In this document: positions 23,175 to 28,927 of the stretch, in pieces | How positions within the stretch are numbered: position 1 is the first letter of the stretch | How the letters are laid out: every line of letters begins with the position of its first letter | IMG/VR virus record: IMGVR_UViG_3300046474_000142 | Strand: one strand, 5' to 3' | DNA length: 28,927 nt | From: a virus | Taxonomy: Duplodnaviria; Heunggongvirae; Uroviricota; Caudoviricetes | Translations under genes and position numbers: made by a program | Notes under the pieces: model-generated | Told to the model about the DNA's origin: nothing | Seen by the model: the letters and a program-made list of their open reading frames with translations, nothing else | Database searches by the model: none

Positions 23175-23395
23175 TTGTAAATACCTTTCGATATGTCGTA
23201 ATTGGTTTTGGTATTCGGCTCTTTCCAATGGGTAAAGCCATTGTGAATTAACACGGCTTTTGCTCTTTCCTTTAAATCATCCTTCAGCATGTTATGTACC
23301 ACTTCATCAAATACGACATTGCCCCGATACGTTATGTACATGGCGAAATGGTTTGTCCCGTATGGCTTGTATTCGTCAATCGTTGCCGTTTTCAT
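23171..23395 (-). CDS. Early-type hypothetical protein
   Basis: Overlapping start/stop on both sides. Confidence 0.75.
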   Translation of the reverse strand: MKTATIDEYKPYGTNHFAMYITYRGNVVFDEVVHNMLKDDLKERAKAVLIHNGFTHWKEPNTKTNYDISKGIYK

Positions 23396-23706
23396 TTCTT
23401 AGCCCCTTTCGGCTTATCGAATAGCGCCCCGATAGCAAGCCGGGTTTCGAATTTCTCAGGGTCGCGCTTATAGGCGATTTGCAATTGCCCCAAAGGGGAC
23501 CGCGTGATAATGGCGTGGAGCTGGCCGGATTCGTTATCGTAGACTTCGCAAGATGTCGCCGGGTTCCGGCTTTCGTCCCGGTAGTGGGCAACCTGCATAT
23601 GCAATACGGCCTGAGCTACGGCAATGTTTGCATCCTTGCCGCTATTGGTTTGGATAGGATCGCTGTAACGCTTGCCGACGTAGTATTTCGTTTTGATGTT
23701 GCGCAT
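23392..23706 (-). CDS. Early-type hypothetical protein
   Basis: Start MRNIKT after AAGGAG. Confidence 0.75.
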   Translation of the reverse strand: MRNIKTKYYVGKRYSDPIQTNSGKDANIAVAQAVLHMQVAHYRDESRNPATSCEVYDNESGQLHAIITRSPLGQLQIAYKRDPEKFETRLAIGALFDKPKGAKK

Positions 23707-23719
23707 TAGTTGATTCTCC

Positions 23720-23953
23720 TTATTTCGGGTACGCCGCAATAAGCGGACGGTTTAGCAAGATATAGATTCCGGTTTGTGCGTTATGGTACGCCGGGTACAT
23801 TACCCCTTTGTATTTGAAATAGTCCATTCCGTACATTGAATACGGTTTTTGCTTGAATTTAGCAATCGGCTTTTCGTATCCCGGTTCCTGTTCTTCGTAT
23901 GCATGAGTACGGAAAACCAGTACGGTATTTTCAGCTTTATATTTCCTGTCCAT
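23720..23953 (-). CDS. Early-type hypothetical protein
   Basis: GGAGG RBS. Confidence 0.75.
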   Translation of the reverse strand: MDRKYKAENTVLVFRTHAYEEQEPGYEKPIAKFKQKPYSMYGMDYFKYKGVMYPAYHNAQTGIYILLNRPLIAAYPK

Positions 23954-24012
23954 AAATTCCTCCTTAGCGAAGTTAATCCGACAATGCCCCCGATGAAAGG
24001 GGCATTAGCTGA

Positions 24013-24207
24013 TTAGCTATTGATACGCTTCAGGCACGCGGCGCAATCTACTTTCGATTTATCCCGCACGCATTTAGCGTGATAACTGCCATTGCCGCAT
24101 ACGGCACGTAAGCGGTTTTCAAAGCAACTAGGATGTTTTCCCTGTTGGCTTGCAAACTCTTCACGGGTCAAGCCGTAATGCGTGTATTGCGTCAAATCGA
24201 TTGCCAT
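24013..24207 (-). CDS. Small Cys-rich hypothetical protein
   Basis: C..C..C..CxxC; TAATG overlap with upstream gene. Confidence 0.65.
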   Translation of the reverse strand: MAIDLTQYTHYGLTREEFASQQGKHPSCFENRLRAVCGNGSYHAKCVRDKSKVDCAACLKRINS

Positions 24208-25151
24208 TATTCGTCCCCTTTCATTTCACGCCACAGCATACCGATGCTTTCCATATCCGCTTTAAACTCTGCAATCAAACCCGGCAAGCGGGCCATCAAA
24301 AGCGCTTTCAATTCATCGGCTGGCAAGCTTAATTGTTCGTCCGTCGCTTCAGGCCATGCGGCGGCGCTGCGGGCCGCTTTGAAATCCCGTTCTTTACCTT
24401 CACCGAACAGGGTAGGAACCGATACAAATTCGATTTGGCATTCGGTCAATGCCTGTTGCCATTCTTCAGCCTCTTTAAGCGTGTCGAATGGGCATTCATG
24501 CCATTTACGCTCATAGCCCATAAACGTAAATTTCGGTTTGTACTGGTATCCGCTTGGTTCGTTGGCATGTTCGACAGGAACGGGAAGAAACAATTTATTC
24601 CCGTTGATTTTCGATTCGATAAACTCTTTCAAGCTTTTATTGATCTTATGGGAAATAGGCGAATTGCCAAACACAATGCGCGTTTCAATATGTACCGGGT
24701 TTTTGCTTGCCTCTCCTTTTAACAGTCCGTTGTAATCGCGGTTCGAAGCGTGATAGACGGCATTTGCGGCGCAATGCATAGGGCTATCCGTGCTAACCAA
24801 ATGCCATTTAATCAGCGAGGCCAATTCGGGAAAATACTTCGCAATTTCATCATGGATGCATCCGCCCGTGCTCCAATCACGCGTTCCCGGTTCTTTTACA
24901 TGCCCGGTAATGGCAAAGCTTTGATGCCCATTGCGGCAATTATCATCGAACCGGATTTCAACGGTAATTGTTGAACCGGCTTTGTATCCGCGTTCCTTGA
25001 ATGGACGGGATGCTACGAACGTTTGATTAACGAACAGGTTATTAGCCGTGTCCAGAATTTTGTTATTGAAACGGCCTTTAACGCCCAAAACTTCCCCGGC
25101 GTACTCTTTAGCAAAGATTTCGTTTTTCGATGGCTTGAGATTTTGACGCAT
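24207..25151 (-). CDS. Conserved early phage protein of unknown function
   Basis: FDDNCRNGHQSFAITG...GGCIHDEI...PELASLIKWHL...PMH motif block. Confidence 0.8.
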   Translation of the reverse strand: MRQNLKPSKNEIFAKEYAGEVLGVKGRFNNKILDTANNLFVNQTFVASRPFKERGYKAGSTITVEIRFDDNCRNGHQSFAITGHVKEPGTRDWSTGGCIHDEIAKYFPELASLIKWHLVSTDSPMHCAANAVYHASNRDYNGLLKGEASKNPVHIETRIVFGNSPISHKINKSLKEFIESKINGNKLFLPVPVEHANEPSGYQYKPKFTFMGYERKWHECPFDTLKEAEEWQQALTECQIEFVSVPTLFGEGKERDFKAARSAAAWPEATDEQLSLPADELKALLMARLPGLIAEFKADMESIGMLWREMKGDE

Positions 25152-25154
25152 GAT

Positions 25155-25454
25155 TTAGTTTCCTTTAATGTCGAATTCGTAATACGTGATTGGTTTAAAG
25201 CCGATGTTGTAATGGGTCAGGAACGCACCATAAGCGCTTGCAAGCGTTTGCCATGCGTCCGCATTATCCGATTCCCCGATAAGCTCCAAACGCTTATCAA
25301 TGGCCCGTTCGTAAGCCGTTGTAATGCTTTCCGGCGTAACGCCTAGGTCCGTTTGTTGTCCGCCCCCATTAACGCGGATTACATAGCCGTCATGTTGCCT
25401 ATGTTGCCTGAAGCTAATTCCACGCGGGGAACCGTCCCTATTTAAAAGTTTCAT
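25155..25454 (-). CDS. Hypothetical protein, possible beta-sheet DNA-binding (AP2/Arm-like) N-terminus
   Basis: RGISFR...GYVIRV pattern. Confidence 0.6.
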   Translation of the reverse strand: MKLLNRDGSPRGISFRQHRQHDGYVIRVNGGGQQTDLGVTPESITTAYERAIDKRLELIGESDNADAWQTLASAYGAFLTHYNIGFKPITYYEFDIKGN

Positions 25455-25546
25455 TTGTTGCCCCTGTTATCAATCCACCATTCCAGCAAACCGCCAATGA
25501 TTACCGCAATTCCGATAATCAAAACCCAAAGGATAAACTCATCCAT
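25451..25546 (-). CDS. Small single-TM protein (31 aa)
   Basis: MDEFILWVLIIGIAVIIGGLLEWWIDNRGNK; AAGGA RBS; ATGA overlap. Confidence 0.7.
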   Translation of the reverse strand: MDEFILWVLIIGIAVIIGGLLEWWIDNRGNK

Positions 25547-25560
25547 ATTCAATCCTTAAA

Positions 25561-25737
25561 CTAGTCCCACAATGCCGCGTCAATGCTCCACCCCCGAATG
25601 CACAGATAACGCGCTGCTACCTTTACGCCTAACGTACGGTTGATAATCCGGGCTTGCTCGATTTCCGTACGGTTTTGATTATTCGTTTTATTCTTGCCGT
25701 CGATAATCATGGTTACGGCTTTTTCAAACAGTTTCAT
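25561..25737 (-). CDS. Hypothetical protein (58 aa)
   Basis: ATGA overlap with upstream gene; ...ARIINRTLGVKVAARYLCIRGWSIDAALWD. Confidence 0.7.
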   Translation of the reverse strand: MKLFEKAVTMIIDGKNKTNNQNRTEIEQARIINRTLGVKVAARYLCIRGWSIDAALWD

Positions 25738-25952
25738 TCAGTCCCCCGATAAATTCTAATCAATTCGATTGCGTTGGTAATCAGCCCGATAAAAGAACCG
25801 ATAGCGGCAAATAAAGCAAAAGCAATTCCAACTGGGGGAATCAGCTTATCCCCGGCAACAAACAACAGAATCAAAGCAACAGAGAGAACTGCGCCGCACA
25901 GAACGATAAACATAATCGCATCGGTGCGTTTTACGATTTCAGACTTTCTCAT
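25734..25952 (-). CDS. 2-TM membrane protein
   Basis: Two hydrophobic segments. Confidence 0.75.
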   Translation of the reverse strand: MRKSEIVKRTDAIMFIVLCGAVLSVALILLFVAGDKLIPPVGIAFALFAAIGSFIGLITNAIELIRIYRGTE

Positions 25953-26160
25953 AAATCCCCACGATTGGCTCTTTGCACATTTCTTTAGCTGTGCCTAATG
26001 CGTCGTCCCAGTCGTCTGTAAAGTAATCAGCCGGTTCGTAATGTCCCCCGCTAATGTACAACTCACAAACGAATTCCTCCGTTTCCGCTTTCCAGTAGAT
26101 TTTAACAACGCGGCAAGTTTTACCGACGTCTTCTAATTGCACTACTCTTTTCAGTTTCAT
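25939..26160 (-). CDS. Small acidic early-type protein
   Basis: ADYFTDDWDDALGTA motif. Confidence 0.75.
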   Translation of the reverse strand: MKLKRVVQLEDVGKTCRVVKIYWKAETEEFVCELYISGGHYEPADYFTDDWDDALGTAKEMCKEPIVGIYEKV

Positions 26161-26337
26161 TTATAGCCCCTTATAACCGCAGCTGCGAACCAAGCGTTTA
26201 AGCCTCCGTTTATCGTTCATAGTGAACGCTTCAACTATTACCCCGGCTTCGTTACGCATGACGGCTAAGTATTGGCGTGGGAACTTTTTAAAAGGAACAG
26301 GAACTTTTTTATCCAGCATCTTTACTTTGATTTTCAT
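26161..26337 (-). CDS. Small basic protein (58 aa), first gene of early operon
   Basis: AAGGAG RBS; MKIKVKMLDKKVPVPFKKFPRQY... Confidence 0.75.
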   Translation of the reverse strand: MKIKVKMLDKKVPVPFKKFPRQYLAVMRNEAGVIVEAFTMNDKRRLKRLVRSCGYKGL

Positions 26338-26560
26338 TTTTAATGCTCCTTTGGTTAGCTGACAAATTCGAAACCGCTATTGCTAACGGTTTCTAGTTTT
26401 ATCAACTTTGCTAGGGACGCTCCCGCGTGCCTAGCGTGGTACAGGTCAACAGCACGCCTCCCGGCGTTCCTCTCTGTCCAACGGTATGCCTCCCGGCAAT
26501 CCGCGTTTATATGCCCCGTGCTTTCTCTTGAAAGGCGGTTGCATCATTGTCTAACTGTAG

Positions 26561-26571
26561 ATTGTTAAAGA
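26561..26571 (-). promoter_or_regulatory. boxA antitermination element in early leader
   Basis: TCTTTAACAAT matches the rrn boxA core. Confidence 0.65.
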
Positions 26572-26696
26572 TCGGCCCTTATCGGCTCCCCCGGCTTTAC
26601 CGGCCCCGCGTTTCAAGGTATCCACCCATCCGCACGGGGCCAGCGCTAACGGCTTTGCCCCTTCTCCTTGGTAGCGTTGTGTACTAAGGAGCCTCA

Positions 26697-26725
26697 ATTA
26701 TAAGGAGTGATTCAGGTATGTGCAA
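26697..26725 (-). promoter_or_regulatory. Strong sigma70 early promoter
   Basis: TTGCAC-17-TATAAT with upstream T-tract/UP-like element. Confidence 0.8.
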
Positions 26726-27154
26726 TACCCTACACATAGATTTATTCAAAAAAAAAGATACAGCCCACGGAAACGGGCCGGGGACAGCTCTAAAGAGAGA
26801 TCACGCCCGCGTCACGTACGCGCACGCGTAGCAATAACCGTGCCACCGGCGATTTTCGCCAACTGGGTTTTTATACAGTAAAACGCCGTAGAGCCGTTTT
26901 TAAGGCATGGTGGATATGCGGGGCTAGGTAGCTGTGTATAACTCACTGTACCCCCCTCAAAACGCGTCCAAATCGATGCCATTGTGGATAACTTTTGCCA
27001 TTTTCGGAGGGTTTCTGTAAATCGGGCATGTATTTTCTGTTACTTTTACATGCCGATTTGTGAAATCGGGCTGAGTTATCCACAGGCTAAAATGCACTTT
27101 CCCTTTAAAATCAAGTACTTAACTCTTATAGCAAATCACTTTTCGGTCCTATGT

Positions 27155-27186
27155 CTTATATAAGAGTGCTCTTATATAAGAGTGCT
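27155..27186. repeat. Tandem 16-bp repeat with palindromic core
   Basis: CTTATATAAGAGTGCT x2. Confidence 0.85.
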
Positions 27187-27344
27187 ACGAGAGCAACAAT
27201 AGTTGCTTTTATTCAACATACACCGTTAGGGACCATGCAAAACCCGTGCCAGAAAATTTCCTAACCCTTACAGGCCCGTGCTGGTCCATTTTGAAAAATT
27301 GCCAGCTAGTAATTTTCTAAAAAGCAATATTACTTGCTTGTACC

Positions 27345-27374
27345 GGGTCCGGGGAGGGATGAGGGGGCCGGGGG
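27345..27374 (+). other. G-quadruplex-forming motif
   Basis: Five runs of 3 or more G. Confidence 0.5.
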
Positions 27375-27857
27375 TCAGGTATGCGGCATAACCTGTTTTT
27401 ATATCTGCAACCCGGTTAAGCTGGTAGCTAGTGTTACGTAAATGTTTCATGGCCTAGCCGGGACCGGACACACTCCCCGGCTGGATAGCGTCCGCCTATC
27501 GGTTTCGTGAATCGATAGGTTGAGCCTATGGCCTGTGGATAACATGCCTCAGAAGCAACATTTTGAGAGTTATCCACAGCACGCCCGTGCTTTTTTAAGG
27601 TTGTCCACAGGGTTATCCACAGATGTGTTGCTCTGTGGCAACGTTTGTTGCATTTCGGAAACTTTCGATGACCGAGAGCAACCCGACCATGTTTTCAGAG
27701 GGAGAGGACGGGGGCGGCGGCTCTAAGAAAGAACTGAAAATTCCCCAGTCCTGTCTGAAAATCTGACTTTTGAATTCCAGAACCGTTTTTGAGAAAATGC
27801 CCCCGGCCCTTGGTAGGAACGGAGGCAGCGTTACGCGTGGAATTTTGCGTGGAAAAT

Positions 27858-28307
27858 TTACGGATAGTCTTCGTCAATACCGTCAACTACGAAGCCCTGA
27901 TTCTTCAGGCAGTGGAGCACTTCCTTCGGCAGTTGGGTAACGCCATCGTAGTCAAGCAGCCTTGTCTTCCCCTCTTCGTCTGTATCAAACAGCAGCGATC
28001 CGGCGCTGCACTCTCCCCGCGTATTGTGTTCGAACGATCCCCGCAACTTAGAAGGATCGTATTCCACCGTGTAGTTGGCAGTCTTGTACTCCACGGGGAC
28101 GGAAGGGATGCTGGGACGGCTCGCTATCATGTACCGCACCATAGCAGCCTCTAAGGCAGCGCAGCGGTCGTCTACGGCAACGTTGTGGTTTAGGCGCTTC
28201 GCGTTGGCGTGCAGATGGTCTACAGCGTTGGAAATGAGGAATTCCTCCGTAGGGGTGAGGGACGAGCGGGAGGCGAGTGCTTCCCGGTCAGCGGACGATA
28301 GGGTCAT
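27858..28307 (-). CDS. Hypothetical protein
   Basis: Start MTLSSA after AAGGAG. Confidence 0.75.
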   Translation of the reverse strand: MTLSSADREALASRSSLTPTEEFLISNAVDHLHANAKRLNHNVAVDDRCAALEAAMVRYMIASRPSIPSVPVEYKTANYTVEYDPSKLRGSFEHNTRGECSAGSLLFDTDEEGKTRLLDYDGVTQLPKEVLHCLKNQGFVVDGIDEDYP

Positions 28308-28623
28308 TCTGGTTCTCCTTGGTTGATGAGATTCCACTGTAACATAAACAACAACGCCCGCAAGCGGGGCGCTGACAATGTGGTAGCACTACGTACGTTA
28401 TTGGAACGCGTTGAAGAATTCGCTCTGTTCCCGCTTATCGTTATCGCGGGACCATTGCTTGCCGCGTTTCTGCTGCGGCTTGTGCTCGCTCTGTTCGCCG
28501 CGTGGAGGGCGGGCGTTGCGCTCTTTGCGGACAATGCTCTTGGATTCGAAATTGGTATTGCCTTGCATGGTAAAACTCCCTTGGTTTTGGCTCTGTGGCC
28601 GTTGTGGTTAAGTAGTGCTACGT

Positions 28624-28652
28624 ATGGTACAGACACATAAAAAGCCCGTCAA
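28624..28652 (-). promoter_or_regulatory. sigma70 promoter overlapping a terminator hairpin
   Basis: TTGACG-17-TACCAT; AGCCC-TTGAC-GGGCT-TTTT. Confidence 0.65.
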
Positions 28653-28655
28653 GGG

Positions 28656-28787
28656 CTATTTAGCGTAAAAGGATATGTTGCGTGGACGCCACACTGTCAG
28701 GCCGATGGTGGCATTCAGTCTGACCCACGCGGGGAACGTAACGTTCAGGGTACGCCAGATCGCGGGGATGTCGAGGTAGGTCTTCAT
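28656..28787 (-). CDS. Small hypothetical protein (43 aa)
   Basis: AAGGA RBS before MKTYLDIP. Confidence 0.6.
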   Translation of the reverse strand: MKTYLDIPAIWRTLNVTFPAWVRLNATIGLTVWRPRNISFYAK

Positions 28788-28857
28788 GGTCGTCCTTATG
28801 CAAAGAGGGAACAGGAGTGCAACTGTATCATGCCATCCTGTCCCGCACAACGCTCGA

Positions 28858-28927
28858 TTATTTCTTAGCCGGTGCGGATTTGCTGGCCGTCTTCGCAGGA
28901 GCCTTCTGCGGCCCCTTAGAGCCGTTT
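28858..28927 (-). CDS. C-terminus of a Lys/Ala/Pro-rich protein (partial)
   Basis: ...NGSKGPQKAPAKTASKSAPAKK-stop. Confidence 0.5.
   Translation of the reverse strand, partial: NGSKGPQKAPAKTASKSAPAKK

Larger units (their letters stand above)
26933..27621. promoter_or_regulatory. DnaA-box cluster (right)
   Basis: TTATCCACA at 26983(-), 27076(+), 27534(-), 27570(+), 27613(+); TTATACACA 26933(-); TTGTCCACA 27601(+). Confidence 0.8.

Noticed and set aside
20950-27800. GATC avoidance in the early block
   Set aside because: GATC sites are present (near 20979, 23660, 24643, 26570, 26799); other site biases need computation

Overview
Window from a large lytic tailed phage (Caudoviricetes), organised like Felixounavirus/Vequintavirinae/Pakpunavirus-type myoviruses. 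The sigma70 promoters and DnaA boxes fit a proteobacterial host (inference). Left to right: (1-6.4 kb, minus) DUF935-type portal (partial), a free-standing GIY-YIG nuclease, terminase large subunit and a five-gene virion-appendage-like module. (6.4-10.7 kb, minus) An RNA island of 21 CCA-encoding tRNA genes (19 amino acids, no Lys, many structurally atypical) interleaved with about 8 non-tRNA structured RNA candidates and two HNH genes. (10.7-12.4 kb, minus) HNH, a possible terminase small subunit and a GIY-YIG gene. (12.25-12.5 kb) An origin-like divergent intergenic region. (12.5-20.2 kb, plus) Accessory genes including a serine recombinase, an HD-domain (p)ppGpp-hydrolase-like protein, RtcB, HNHs and small membrane proteins. 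(21-27.8 kb) A compositionally distinct block of small early-type genes (minus) bracketed by two long non-coding regions with DnaA boxes, G-quadruplex motifs and a 14-copy covarying mini-hairpin array, probably a long terminal repeat. The best candidates for undescribed biology are the tRNA-embedded ncRNA set (notably a tRNA body with a 60-nt branched domain in place of the anticodon loop, and a YrlA-like RNA, in a genome encoding RtcB) and the hairpin/DnaA-box architecture around the early block. All RNA folds and family assignments were made by eye; no searches were run.
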